Counted from the stretch's first letter, positions 22,359-32,849 are shown. The stretch: 64,000 bases of DNA from an uncultured Gemmatimonadales bacterium (GCA_963825055.1 CAWGSK010000011.1:96001-160000); one strand, 5' to 3'. Translations and numbers: made by a program. The notes: a model not told the origin generated them from the sequence alone.

Positions 22359-24068
22359 GTGCACCAGATCCAGCTCGGCTCGATCGACTACGCCATCCTG
22401 ATCGTTTATTTCGCCTTCGTCCTCGGCATCGGCTTTGTGCTGCGCCGGTACGTGCGGAGCAGCGAGGACTTCTTCCTCTCGGGCCGGTCGATCCCCACGT
22501 GGATTGCCGGCCTCGCTTTCCTGTCCGCCAACCTCGGCGCGCAGGAGGTGATCGGCATGGCAGCGTCGGGCGCCAAGTACGGGATCATGACCAGCCACTT
22601 CTACTGGGTGGGGGCCATCCCCGCGATGGTCTTCGTGGGCGTGTTCATGATGCCGTTCTACTATGGCTCCAAGGCCCGGTCGGTGCCGGAATATCTGCGG
22701 CTCCGGTTCGACGAGAAGACCCGCGGTTTCAACGCGATGACGTTCGCCGCGATGACGGTGCTGTCGTCCGGCATCTCGATGTACGCCCTGGCCAAACTGC
22801 TCGAGCTCATCCTGGGGTGGAACTTCCACGCCAGCGTGGTCGTGTCCGCGGCTATCGTCCTGGTGTATATCCTGCTGGGGGGACTCACCTCCGCGATCTA
22901 CAACGAGGTGCTGCAGTTCTTCCTCATCGTCCTCGGCTTCCTGCCGCTGGTACTGCTCGGCCTCAAGGACGTCGGCGGATGGTCCGGCCTGACCGCCAAG
23001 CTGGCCCCCGTGGCCACGGACGCCGGCTATGCCCCTGGTGCCTGGACCGAGTCCTGGCAACACCTCGGGTCCGCGAGCGCCAACCCGATGGGCGTCGAAT
23101 GGTTCGGAATGATCATGGGGCTGGGCTTCGTGCTCTCCTTCGGGTACTGGTGCACCGACTTCCTCGTGGTGCAGCGCGCCATGGCCGCCGAGTCCATGAA
23201 TGCGGCCCGGCGGACCCCACTGGTGGCGGCCTTCCCCAAGATGCTGTTTCCCTTCCTCGTGATCCTGCCGGGGATGATCGCCATTGCGCTGCATGCGCAG
23301 AGCGGCGGCCTGCTGCCGATCGGGGCGGACGGCAATCCTGAATACAACCTGGCGATCCCGGTGCTGCTCGCGCACTACCTGCCGACCGGGCTCCTGGGCC
23401 TGGGCCTCACGGCACTCATGGCCTCCTTCATGTCGGGCATGGCGGGCAACGTGACGGCATTCAATACGGTCTGGACCTACGACATCTACCAGTCGTACAT
23501 CCGCCCGGGCCAGTCCGACCGGCACTACCTCTGGATGGGGCACACGGCCACCGTGTTCGGCATCCTCCTGAGCATCCTGGCGGCATATGCCACCACGAAG
23601 TTCAACAACATCATGGACATGCTCCAGCTGGTGTTCGCGTTCGTCAACGCCCCCCTCTTCGCGACTTTCCTGCTGGGGATGTTCTGGCGGCGCGCCACCG
23701 GTCACGGGGCGTTCTTCGGCCTCCTCCTCGGCACGGTCGGCGCCGCCGTCCATCATGGCCTGACCCTGCCCGCCGGCTCCACGCCCGGGATCAAGGGGGC
23801 CTTCCTCGGTGCCACCCTGCATACCTACCCGAGCGAGATGGCGCAGAACTTCTGGACGGCGATCTTCGCATGGTCCATCTGCTTCTTCGCCACGATCATC
23901 ATTTCGCTGGTGACCCGAAGCCCGCGCACCGATGAGGACCTGACGGGCCTGGTGTACTCCCTCACCCCCCGCGAGGTGGATCGTCACCTTGCCTGGTACC
24001 GGCGCCCCGCGACCCTCGGACTGCTGGTGCTGGCCTGTACGCTCGTGCTCAACATCATTTTCTGGTAA
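22359..24068 (+). CDS. Sodium:solute symporter (SSS family)
   Basis: EDFFLSGRSIP, SANLGAQEVIGMAASGAKYG, SVPEYLRLRF, GYWCTDFLVVQRAMAA; many TM segments; GTG start with AGGA RBS. Confidence 0.92.
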   Translation: MHQIQLGSIDYAILIVYFAFVLGIGFVLRRYVRSSEDFFLSGRSIPTWIAGLAFLSANLGAQEVIGMAASGAKYGIMTSHFYWVGAIPAMVFVGVFMMPFYYGSKARSVPEYLRLRFDEKTRGFNAMTFAAMTVLSSGISMYALAKLLELILGWNFHASVVVSAAIVLVYILLGGLTSAIYNEVLQFFLIVLGFLPLVLLGLKDVGGWSGLTAKLAPVATDAGYAPGAWTESWQHLGSASANPMGVEWFGMIMGLGFVLSFGYWCTDFLVVQRAMAAESMNAARRTPLVAAFPKMLFPFLVILPGMIAIALHAQSGGLLPIGADGNPEYNLAIPVLLAHYLPTGLLGLGLTALMASFMSGMAGNVTAFNTVWTYDIYQSYIRPGQSDRHYLWMGHTATVFGILLSILAAYATTKFNNIMDMLQLVFAFVNAPLFATFLLGMFWRRATGHGAFFGLLLGTVGAAVHHGLTLPAGSTPGIKGAFLGATLHTYPSEMAQNFWTAIFAWSICFFATIIISLVTRSPRTDEDLTGLVYSLTPREVDRHLAWYRRPATLGLLVLACTLVLNIIFW

Positions 24069-24073
24069 CCGCC

Positions 24074-24295
24074 ATGAACCTGGACCTGCGCCTGCCTCTG
24101 GGACTGATGTTCACGGTCTTCGGTGCGCTGCTCACCGGCTTCGGGCTGGTTGGCAACAAGGCGATCTATGAACGCTCGCTGGGCATCAACGTGAACCTGT
24201 GGTGGGGCCTGGTGTTGCTCGCCTTCGGGCTCCTCATGCTGGCCCTGGCCGCCCGAGGCAGGGGCCGCATCCCACCCCCAGTCGACAAGGGCTGA
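24074..24295 (+). CDS. Small 2-TM membrane protein, probable symporter accessory subunit
   Basis: 73 aa, two hydrophobic helices, LDLRLPLG and INVNLWWG motifs, 5 bp downstream of the SSS gene. Confidence 0.75.
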   Translation: MNLDLRLPLGLMFTVFGALLTGFGLVGNKAIYERSLGINVNLWWGLVLLAFGLLMLALAARGRGRIPPPVDKG

Positions 24296-24387
24296 CCCCG
24301 CCCATCGGCTGGCGCACAGGAGAGCGGCGCGGCATATTCGAACTGCCCCGGCAGTATCACCGGGTCATGCCGTCCAGGGAGTCCCCC

Positions 24388-24777
24388 ATGCGCATCCATC
24401 CGCGGTTGCTCATTCCTGCCATGCTCGTGCTCGTCGCTGCCTGCCACCACGGAATCAGCGAGGAGGACCAGGCCCCGCAACCGGAACTCCCGCCGGTCAG
24501 AATCGAGGTCATCAACAACTTCGCCCTCCCAGTGGAGATCTATGCCTCGGGCCAGGGAACGACCCGCCGCCTCGGCTTGGTCTACCCCGGCATGAGAGGC
24601 AGCTTCGATCTCCCACAGGGCCTGATCGGTTACGGATCGACCGAACTCCACGCCCTGCCAACGAATGGGGACAAGCTCTTCCGCTCAGGCCCCCTGCTGC
24701 TCTCCCCCGGGGCCTTCGTGGAATTCCGGGTCTCGCCGCAGATCTTCAACAGCACCGTCTCGGTCCACGCGCCCTGA
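24388..24777 (+). CDS. Hypothetical lipoprotein
   Basis: MRIHPRLLIPAMLVLVAAC lipobox; beta-rich body (VRIEVINNFALPVEIYA). Confidence 0.65.
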   Translation: MRIHPRLLIPAMLVLVAACHHGISEEDQAPQPELPPVRIEVINNFALPVEIYASGQGTTRRLGLVYPGMRGSFDLPQGLIGYGSTELHALPTNGDKLFRSGPLLLSPGAFVEFRVSPQIFNSTVSVHAP

Positions 24778-24789
24778 GCGGCCCCGCTT

Positions 24790-26169
24790 TCAGTCCCCCG
24801 GGGGCCTGAGTACCAGGGCGCCATACCCCGGTAGAGCGACCTCATCTCCCTCCTGCACGGACCCGGTCAGAAGATCCCGCGCGCCGGCCACGCGCTCTCC
24901 CTGCACGGTGAACCGGGCCTGCGCGGCCCGCGCGTTCACCAGGACCAGCACCGCCCCCCGTCGATAGGCGATGATATCCGCCGGAGCGCTTGTCCCCACA
25001 GACTGAAGCGCGCCGGTCAGCAGGTCGGGGACGCTCCGTGACAGGTCAATCACCTTCCGGTAGAAGGCCCGCGCTTCACCGGCGCCGGCCCGGTCCCAGT
25101 CCACGGGGTCCCGCTCGAAGAGGCGGAGCACCTGCGGGCTCTCGATCGCCTGGCCGTTGTAAAGCAGCGGGCGGCCGGGCAGCAGCGCCATGGCCACGAA
25201 GGCCGCCCGGGCGCCCGCCGGCCCGTTGAACAGGATCAGTGGCGGAGCATCCCAGGCGGTCTCATCGTGGTTGGTGGTGAACCGGAGCCGCATGCCTCCG
25301 GCCGGCATCCCGGCCAGGTCAGCCACCTCGGCCGAGGCGAGACTGTCCGCCCGCGCACCCTTCCAGACCTGCTTCAGCCGCCGGTAGGTATCCCACGCAT
25401 AGGTCAGGTCGAACCCGCGCCGATGTGCCTCCATGTCGCCCGTCTCCGCCAGGAGGAGAATCTCCCGCGGGACGGAGGCCCGCAGCGCGGGGATGACCTC
25501 GCTCCAGTAATCCCACGGCACCCCCCGCGTCACGTCCACCCGGAAGCCGTCCACGTCGAACTCCACGAGCCAGCGCCGCATGGCATGGGTCATGGCCTGC
25601 CGGAGCGCGGGATTGTCGTAGTCGAGCTCGGCGACGTCGGTCCAGTCGGTCGGGTTGTTGTTCTCGTCCCGCGCGGGAATGAGGCCACCCTCGGCATTGC
25701 GGACGAAATAGTCAGGATGCTCGCTGACCCAGACAGCATCCCAGGCGGTGTGGTTCGGCACCCAGTCGAGAATCACCTTCATACCGCGGGCATGCACGGC
25801 GTCCACCAGCGCGCGGAAGTCGTCTTCGGTCCCGAAGTCGGGATTGATCGCCGAATAGTCACGCACAGCGTAGGGCGAACCGAGCGTCCCCTTGCGGTGC
25901 TCCACGCCGATGGGGAAGATCGGCATGAGCCAGAGCGTGTTGGCGCCCGTCGCCGAGATCCGGTCCAGCCCGTTCGTCACACCGCGAAAGTCGCCCCCGG
26001 CGGAGAAATCGCGCACGAAGACTTCGTAGATCGCGCTCCGCGCGACCCAGCCCGTGTCGGAGGCCGTGCCAGTGGCGCTCGTGGCGGCCGGGGAGCGGTG
26101 CGGGGGAGAGGCGTTGCAACCCACGGCCAGCAGGAGGACGAGGGAACTGAGGGCGTGACGGGATCGCAT
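24790..26169 (-). CDS. GH13 alpha-amylase family lipoprotein
   Basis: Lipobox AVGC; AIYEVFVRDFS, GSPYAVRDY, LDWVPNHTAWD, DGFRVDV, LLAE, TNHDE. Confidence 0.9.
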   Translation of the reverse strand: MRSRHALSSLVLLLAVGCNASPPHRSPAATSATGTASDTGWVARSAIYEVFVRDFSAGGDFRGVTNGLDRISATGANTLWLMPIFPIGVEHRKGTLGSPYAVRDYSAINPDFGTEDDFRALVDAVHARGMKVILDWVPNHTAWDAVWVSEHPDYFVRNAEGGLIPARDENNNPTDWTDVAELDYDNPALRQAMTHAMRRWLVEFDVDGFRVDVTRGVPWDYWSEVIPALRASVPREILLLAETGDMEAHRRGFDLTYAWDTYRRLKQVWKGARADSLASAEVADLAGMPAGGMRLRFTTNHDETAWDAPPLILFNGPAGARAAFVAMALLPGRPLLYNGQAIESPQVLRLFERDPVDWDRAGAGEARAFYRKVIDLSRSVPDLLTGALQSVGTSAPADIIAYRRGAVLVLVNARAAQARFTVQGERVAGARDLLTGSVQEGDEVALPGYGALVLRPPGD

Positions 26170-26205
26170 GAAACAGTTCTCCCTGCGTGTTGTGGACGGA
26201 AAACT

Positions 26206-27819
26206 TTACGGACGGCTGCCCAGGTCGATCGCGAATGCGGTGCGGGGGGCCAGCTGTAGGTTGATCGCGCCGGAGGCATCCACGGTTCCCGCGGTCCCGA
26301 GGCAGATCCCGGTGCCGGCACCGCCGGTCAGGCGGTCACAATAGGAACCCGGCGTCAAGCCCGTGGGGATGGTGGCCGTGATGACAGTGTCCTCCATATT
26401 GATGGCCACGAACCCACGGTCCCCCCGCGAAAAGGCGATGGCATTTCGCCCGTCATCCCACCAGAGACTGACGGCAGTGCCGGCGACCACCCGCCGGAAA
26501 GCCACCATGGACCGGAGGGCCGGGTCGCGATGCTCGCAGACCCACTGCCCGGGGGTCGCACTCTCGAGGCTCGCGGCGCAGGTGACGTTGTTCGTGTTCC
26601 CGAGGCCGTCGGAGGGCGGCCCGACTGCGTTGCCCGCGGGACAGGTGAACGCGTAGCTCGATAGGATGGACGGATAGCCGTAGGGCTGGGCCAGCATCCA
26701 CACGTTCGCCAGCCGGAACACATCCCCATCGTGGTAGCCCAGGCCGCAGTTGTGCTGTGTGTCATGATTCTGGAGGAAGACGACAGCCTTGTCCGCGGGC
26801 ATCAGCCCCCAGGCGGCGGGCGAGAAGCGGCTGCCGGGAGGACCGTTGGGGTTGAGCTGGGCGATGTACTGCCCGCCCGTCCCGAGAAACTTGTCGGCGA
26901 CGCCGGAGAAGGTGAACTCGGTGATGTCCGCCGCCGCCCCGGAGCGATAGCCGGCCCCGTAGTAGTCCGACGGCCCGACGGCCTCCCCCGCTCCCCCACT
27001 CACCTCGAGATAATAGTACGGGATCGCGTGCCCCTCCGCGGTCATCGTGGAATCGACCGTGGCCAGGATTTCGTCCAGTTCCGCCTGCTGGATGTGCTTC
27101 GCGGCGTCGATCCGGAAGCCTGCCACGCCGAGCCGGGCCAGTCCGCTCAGGTAGGCGGCAATCTTCGCCCGGACAGAGGGCGATCCGGTGTCGAGGTCGG
27201 GGAGGGAGAACAGTTCGCACTCCTGCACCGTCGCGGCGTCCTGGTAGTTGTCCAGGGCACAGGGCGGGTGGAAGTCGCCGGGACTGTAGAGGCCCGGGTA
27301 GGAGTACTTCGAATACGCCGTGCCATTGCTGCCCGTGCCCGGACTCGGGAAGTTGGTCATGTGGTTGATGACCGCATCCACGTAGATCCCGACCCCCACC
27401 GCCCGGCAGCGCTGCACCATGTTTGCAAATTCCGTCCCGGTGCCGGAGCGGCTCCGGGCGAGACTGTAGCTCACCGGCTGGTAGCGCTCGCTCCAGGGGT
27501 AGTTGGGCGGCTCGAGGCTGTGCTCCTGGGGCGGGGAGACCTGCACGGCCGCAACGCCGGCCGGACCGAGGACCTGCTCGCACTCGGTCGCGATATCGGG
27601 CCACTTCCATTCGAAGAGATGCACGAACACGTCCCCGGCCGCGGCATGCCCGCTGGGCCGGTAGGTGGCCGGCAGGGTCGGCCGTCCGGAAGGAGGCTGG
27701 CCCGTAGACGGTGGCCCCCCCGGGTCCCCGCAGGCCAGAAAGGCAGCCGCGAGCAGGGCCCCGGAAAGGCCACAGCCCCGCCGCCACGAGGGCGGCGGGG
27801 CTGCGGGAAGAAGGTTCAT
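26206..27819 (-). CDS. GH13 alpha-amylase lipoprotein, actinobacterial/animal-like type
   Basis: Lipobox FLAC; VFVHLFEWKW, VQVSPPQE, WSERYQPVSY, VDAVINHM, AGFRIDAAKH, FLQNHDTQ, WVCEHR, AIAFSRGDRGFVAIN. Confidence 0.9.
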   Translation of the reverse strand: MNLLPAAPPPSWRRGCGLSGALLAAAFLACGDPGGPPSTGQPPSGRPTLPATYRPSGHAAAGDVFVHLFEWKWPDIATECEQVLGPAGVAAVQVSPPQEHSLEPPNYPWSERYQPVSYSLARSRSGTGTEFANMVQRCRAVGVGIYVDAVINHMTNFPSPGTGSNGTAYSKYSYPGLYSPGDFHPPCALDNYQDAATVQECELFSLPDLDTGSPSVRAKIAAYLSGLARLGVAGFRIDAAKHIQQAELDEILATVDSTMTAEGHAIPYYYLEVSGGAGEAVGPSDYYGAGYRSGAAADITEFTFSGVADKFLGTGGQYIAQLNPNGPPGSRFSPAAWGLMPADKAVVFLQNHDTQHNCGLGYHDGDVFRLANVWMLAQPYGYPSILSSYAFTCPAGNAVGPPSDGLGNTNNVTCAASLESATPGQWVCEHRDPALRSMVAFRRVVAGTAVSLWWDDGRNAIAFSRGDRGFVAINMEDTVITATIPTGLTPGSYCDRLTGGAGTGICLGTAGTVDASGAINLQLAPRTAFAIDLGSRP

Positions 27820-27836
27820 ATTCTTGCGTCGCGGGC

Positions 27837-29408
27837 TCAGTAGCCCGGGTTCTGGACCAGGTTCGGATTGGCCGACAGCTCCGTGACCGGAATCGGGTAG
27901 AGCTCGAGATGCGGGTCCGTCGACTGCCCGGCCGCCGTCCCGCCCTTCCAGGCCCACAGGTAGCTGCTGCCGCTGAACTGCCCGAAGCGGATCAGGTCGC
28001 TCCGGCGCTGAGCCTCCCAGAGCAGTTCCCGCCCCCGCTCATCCAGGACGAACTGCAGGGTCAGCTCGGGCGCGGTGATGTCGCCGCTGTTGTCCCCGTA
28101 CGCCCGCTGACGAAGCGCGTTCACATAGCCGAGGGCCGTGGTGCCGCTCCCGCCACCACCGCGGAGGAACGCCTCGGCATAGATCAGGTAAGCATCGGCC
28201 AGGCGGAACATCGGGAAGTCCGTGTCCGCGAACGAAATATTGGAGCCAACGCCACCCGTGGACGTCACGTTCTGGTACTTCGGTGCCGCGATACCCTCGG
28301 CAAAGTTGGAGAGCGAGGTGATCGCGACCGTCTGGTTGGTGGTGAAGAAGTACGACTGGCGCGTGTCACCGGCGGCATAGAGGTTGTACGCCTCGGGCCG
28401 CAGCCGGATACCCCACCAGCAGCCGTCAATGCCGTAGACGGCCGGGTCCATGGTATTGCCGCAGGAGGCATGAGTCAGGAAGGTCGTGCCCCCATAGCTC
28501 TGCGCGTGCTGGCCGTCCTGGATGATCGGGAAGATGATCTCCGGGGAGGTGTTGTTGTCGGCCAGAAAGATGTCCTGGTAGTTGTCATCGAGTGTGAATG
28601 GACCCGCGATGGCCGCCTGGGCCGCCGTCAGGGCCTCCGCATAGTGCGGCGTCCCGGTGTAGACCTCGGCGTTCAGGTACACGTGGGCCAGGAGCATGGA
28701 GGCCGCGGCGTCAGTCGCCCGGCCGTACGTTCCCGCTCCGGCAACCGGCAGCTGGCTCTGGATGCTGGTGAGTTCGCTGACGACGAAGTCGTAAATTTCC
28801 GACCGCGTGGCCTGCTCCGGCGGGGTCGACCCCAGCGGGAAGTTCTCGTCCACCAGAGGGATATTCCCGATCAGGTCGAGCCCGTGCCAGTAGGCCAGGG
28901 CGCGGAGGAAGCGGGCCTCGGCGCGGAAGGTGCCGATGTCGGTCCGCAGCTTCCCGCTGACGCCCCGCTCATCGAGCTTGGCGTCGGTGGTCTGGCGAAG
29001 GAACTCGTTCGCCAGGGCCACCTCGAAGTAGATCCGGGAATACATGCCCGAAACAAACGGGTTCGAGGAGCCCCAGACCATGGTGTTCAACTCGGGCAGG
29101 CCCTGGTCGCCCCAGGCGATCACGGCCTCGTCGGTCGGGAGCTCCTGGAGTTCCCAGTACAGTCGCATGTACTGGGAGAAGCCCTCGTCGGTGATGCTCT
29201 GGATGTCACCATCACCGGCCGGGCCCTGCTGGCCGCTCACGGCGAATCCGGCGTAGATCTTGGCCAGGAAGGCCCGGTAGGACCCCTGGTCTGTGAAAAT
29301 ATTGGTCTCCGTCACGGTGCTGGTCGGAGCCACCGTCGGGTCGGTACAGGCGGCCAGGCCCAGCAGCAGGGCGGCGCCGGTGGCGACCATGTGGATACGG
29401 CGGTTCAT
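27837..29408 (-). CDS. susD: RagB/SusD-family outer-membrane substrate-binding lipoprotein (starch-SusD-like)
   Basis: Lipobox LAAC; QELPTDEAVIAWGD, AEARFLRALAYW, DFPMFRLADAYLIYAEA, LDERGRELLWEAQRRSDLIRFG, NPNLVQNPGY. Confidence 0.93.
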   Translation of the reverse strand: MNRRIHMVATGAALLLGLAACTDPTVAPTSTVTETNIFTDQGSYRAFLAKIYAGFAVSGQQGPAGDGDIQSITDEGFSQYMRLYWELQELPTDEAVIAWGDQGLPELNTMVWGSSNPFVSGMYSRIYFEVALANEFLRQTTDAKLDERGVSGKLRTDIGTFRAEARFLRALAYWHGLDLIGNIPLVDENFPLGSTPPEQATRSEIYDFVVSELTSIQSQLPVAGAGTYGRATDAAASMLLAHVYLNAEVYTGTPHYAEALTAAQAAIAGPFTLDDNYQDIFLADNNTSPEIIFPIIQDGQHAQSYGGTTFLTHASCGNTMDPAVYGIDGCWWGIRLRPEAYNLYAAGDTRQSYFFTTNQTVAITSLSNFAEGIAAPKYQNVTSTGGVGSNISFADTDFPMFRLADAYLIYAEAFLRGGGGSGTTALGYVNALRQRAYGDNSGDITAPELTLQFVLDERGRELLWEAQRRSDLIRFGQFSGSSYLWAWKGGTAAGQSTDPHLELYPIPVTELSANPNLVQNPGY

Positions 29409-29452
29409 GTTCCTGTCCTTTCTCGAATGCTCGAGAGCCATGGGGGCGTTGC

Positions 29453-32400
29453 CTAGAACCGGAGGGTCAGCCCACCCGTGAAGGTGCGCGACCGCGGATA
29501 GATGTTGTTGTCGATCCCGTTGAGGCCGGACGTCGGGTCGACGCCGCTGTATCCGGTGATCGTTAACGCGTTCTGGATGGTCCCGAACACGCGCGCCGGG
29601 ATCCCGCTGTAGTTGAACGAGTACCCGAGCGTGATGTTGTCCATCCGGAGGAAGGACGCATCCTCCACGTAGACGTCCGAGAAGTACTGGGGGGTCACAA
29701 ACCCGGTCTCGAGCACCGAGGCGTGCAGGTTGTACGGCGATCCCCGGGTGACCTCGGAATAGGTCCCGAGGTTGGACGCCACGTTGTTGTAGACGTAGTT
29801 CCCGAAGTAGGCCCGGAGCGTGAACCCGAGATCCCACTTGTTGTACGTAAGGTAGGAGGAGTGGCCGAACTGCCACTTCGGCGCCGGATCGTGGAACGGC
29901 CGGAGGTCGTTCTGGTTGATGATGCCGTCCGCGTTCTGGTCCTTGTACAGGTCCTGCTCGTTGATGGTCCCGTCGTTGTTCACGTCAGCGTAGATGGGGT
30001 TGCCGCTCGCATCGCGGATGTGCTCATATACGTAGAACGAGTTGACCGGCACGCCGGGAGTGAGCACCTGGATGGTGGAACCCACGCCGCCCGCGATGCC
30101 GCCCGTCAGGATCTGCTGGGCCCCACTCCCGAACGGGTTGATGGTGGTGAGTTCGTTGGAGTTGTGGGCCGCGGTGAAGTCAGCCGTCCAGCCCAGCCGC
30201 CCGCCCGTGCCCTCCATCACGCGAGCGCTCAGGCTGAACTCGACCCCGCGATTCCGCATGCTCCCGATGTTGGTCGTGACGAAGTCGCCGAGGTTCGTAC
30301 CGGCGGCCACGGGAACCCGGAAAATCATGTCCGAGGTCTTCTTGTCATAGACGTCGATCGCGCCGGTGAAGCGCTGGTCCTTGAACCCGAAGTCGATGCC
30401 CAGGTTCCAGGACCGGGTGGCCTCCCACTTGATGTTCGGGTCCACCGCGCTGGGGCGGATCGTCGTGAAGAAGGAATCGGCAAACGCATACTGCGCCTGC
30501 GAGTTGCCCACCGTGTAGGTCGAGTACTGCAGGTAGTTGCCGAAGGACTGGTTGCCCGTCCGCGCCCAGGAAGCGCGAAGCTTCAGGTCCGAGACCGAGG
30601 TGTACTTCTGCATGAATGGCTCGGACGACACCCGCCACGCCACGGCAACGGACGGGAAGGTGCCCCACTGCCGGCCTTCGCCGAAGCGGGATGACCCGTC
30701 ACGCCGGAGGCTGACATTGGCCAGGTACCGGTCATTGATGTCGTAGTTCACCCGCCCGAAGAACGAGATCAACTTGCTGTCCTGCACGTTGAGGGCGTTC
30801 TGGACCGTGCGGGCTGTCGGGATCCCGTCCGTCCCCAGCAGGTCCGTGCTGAGGCCGCTCTCCAGGAACGTGGGATACTCGGCGTGGGCCTTGGAGTAGG
30901 AATACCCCGCCGTGAGGTCCAGGTTGCCCGGCCCCACCGTCCGCGGCACTGCGTAGGCGAGGTAGCCTTCCAGCACCGTGTTGAGCGAGGTGGGGTTTGT
31001 CCGGAACAGCGTGCCATCGGAACCGTTCTTGATCTGGCTGTGCAGGACACTCGGCGTGAACGTCGTCTGGTCCACCTTGGTGACGTCGTAACCCAGGCTC
31101 AGGTTTGCCGCGAGCCCGTCCACCCAGGGAAGGCGATACTCCGACTGGATGTTGCCGATGCTGCGGAAAGTCGTGCTCTTGTCCTTCGCGAGCGCCAGGA
31201 TGGCCACGGGGTTGTCCGCCGACTGGATGCCGCCGGTCCAGTCGAAGTAGCCGGTGGGGGTGGTCGAGTCGTAGATCGGCTGGGTCGGCCCCATCTGCGC
31301 GGCATTGGACAGCACGCCGCCGGGGGTAAACTCGTCGGCCGACCGTGCTCCGCGCAGGTTGACCTTCAGGCTCAGGCGGTCATCCATCAGGCGCTGGTTG
31401 TAGTTCGCGCCCAGGGTCAGGCGCTTGGCCTCGGAGCCCTGAATAACGCCCCTCTGGTCCAGGAAGTTGGCGGAGAACCGGTAGTTGCTGCTGCTGCCGG
31501 CACCGGAGACGGCCAGGTTCTGTTCCTGGCCGAAGGCCGTCCGGTCCACCGCCCCGAACCAGTCGGTGTTCGCGGCCTGCAGCTGGCTCGAGTTCGAAGG
31601 GGCATACTGGTCCACCGCGGCCTTGAACTGCGCGGCGTTCAGCATGTCGGGGAGCCGGGTGACGGACGACGCGGAGAAGCTCCCGCTGTATTCCACCCGC
31701 GGCGCCTGGTTGGCCTCGCCCTTCTTGGTGGTGATCAGCACGACGCCGTTCGCGGCGTTCGCCCCGTAGATCGCCGCCGCCGAGGCATCCCGGAGCACCG
31801 TGATGCTGGCAACGTCGTCGGCATTGAGGAAGTTGAGCGGGTCACGGCCACCGGACAGTCCACCCCCGGCGCCGGAGCCGCCGACCGGCATCCCGTCGAT
31901 CACGATCAGGGGCTCGCTGCTCGCGTTGATGGAGGTCTGCCCGCGGATCCGGATCGACTTGCCGCCGCCCGGCTCGTTGTTGTCCACCACCTGCACGCCG
32001 GCCACCTTGTTCTGGATCAGCTCGGTGGGGGTAATCACCCGGCCGGTGTTGAACTCGTCCGCCGTCACGCTGGTGACGGCGCCAGTGATGTTGCCGGCCG
32101 CCTGCTCACCATAGCCGACCACCACGATCTCGGCCAGGTTGATCGCCCGGCGCGTGAGGGTGAGGTCGAGCTGGAGCGCCTGGCCGGACGCCACTGTCAC
32201 CACCTGGGACATCGGCTCGTAGCCGACCATACGCGTATAAAGCGTGTCTGTGCCGGCGGGAACGCCGGGCAGGACATAGCCCCCGTCCGCCTTGCTGACG
32301 GCCACCCGGCCGGCATATGTGATCGTGGCACCCTGCACAGCCCGCTGCGAGGTGCCGTCCATGACCCGGCCGGAAATGCTGGTCGTTTCCTGCGCCTGAG

Positions 32401-32458
32401 CCGAAGTGATCCAGCATGTCACGAGGATCAACCCGACAAGAATGCGTAGCCGCCTCAT
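29453..32458 (-). CDS. susC: SusC/RagA-family TonB-dependent outer-membrane transporter
   Basis: N-terminal carboxypeptidase-regulatory-like domain; EIVVVGYG, ITVLRDASAAAIYGANAANGVVLITTKKG, RRDGSSRFG, LKLRASW, IKWEAT, VEDASFLRMDNITLGY; C-terminal F. Confidence 0.95.
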   Translation of the reverse strand: MRRLRILVGLILVTCWITSAQAQETTSISGRVMDGTSQRAVQGATITYAGRVAVSKADGGYVLPGVPAGTDTLYTRMVGYEPMSQVVTVASGQALQLDLTLTRRAINLAEIVVVGYGEQAAGNITGAVTSVTADEFNTGRVITPTELIQNKVAGVQVVDNNEPGGGKSIRIRGQTSINASSEPLIVIDGMPVGGSGAGGGLSGGRDPLNFLNADDVASITVLRDASAAAIYGANAANGVVLITTKKGEANQAPRVEYSGSFSASSVTRLPDMLNAAQFKAAVDQYAPSNSSQLQAANTDWFGAVDRTAFGQEQNLAVSGAGSSSNYRFSANFLDQRGVIQGSEAKRLTLGANYNQRLMDDRLSLKVNLRGARSADEFTPGGVLSNAAQMGPTQPIYDSTTPTGYFDWTGGIQSADNPVAILALAKDKSTTFRSIGNIQSEYRLPWVDGLAANLSLGYDVTKVDQTTFTPSVLHSQIKNGSDGTLFRTNPTSLNTVLEGYLAYAVPRTVGPGNLDLTAGYSYSKAHAEYPTFLESGLSTDLLGTDGIPTARTVQNALNVQDSKLISFFGRVNYDINDRYLANVSLRRDGSSRFGEGRQWGTFPSVAVAWRVSSEPFMQKYTSVSDLKLRASWARTGNQSFGNYLQYSTYTVGNSQAQYAFADSFFTTIRPSAVDPNIKWEATRSWNLGIDFGFKDQRFTGAIDVYDKKTSDMIFRVPVAAGTNLGDFVTTNIGSMRNRGVEFSLSARVMEGTGGRLGWTADFTAAHNSNELTTINPFGSGAQQILTGGIAGGVGSTIQVLTPGVPVNSFYVYEHIRDASGNPIYADVNNDGTINEQDLYKDQNADGIINQNDLRPFHDPAPKWQFGHSSYLTYNKWDLGFTLRAYFGNYVYNNVASNLGTYSEVTRGSPYNLHASVLETGFVTPQYFSDVYVEDASFLRMDNITLGYSFNYSGIPARVFGTIQNALTITGYSGVDPTSGLNGIDNNIYPRSRTFTGGLTLRF

Positions 32459-32849
32459 ATCCTTCGTCCTTTCAAACTGGGCTACAACAAAGGCCTCGAT
32501 CATGGGAGATCGAGGCCTGGGGAACCAGGGATGGCACCGTAACCGACATGCGACACATCCGCCCTGCCGGCAGACCGGCAACGCGATGGGGGCCCCATGC
32601 GTACTGCCCCGAACGGAACATTGAATCCTGCATGGGCAACCGTGGAGAAAGGACGGCCAGCTACGGATGTACCGGGGCACACGAGGACGAACACGCCCCC
32701 TCGAGCCTCGGCGGTGGCGACTGTCTGGGATCGCGGGACGCCCGGCACCTCCGCCTCCTGGGTGACGCCCGTATGACAACATTCTTGCGCCCGGTACCGG
32801 ACCCGTCAAGACCCTGTCCCAAGCGTTGTACGGGGGAAGGGAAACCCTG

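Noticed and set aside
4877..32449. Long antisense or alternative-frame ORFs (e.g. 4877-6277, 20951-23341, 22344-23987, 27711-29456, 30884-32449)
   Set aside because: These are shadow ORFs expected at high GC opposite well-supported genes, and they have no recognisable motifs.
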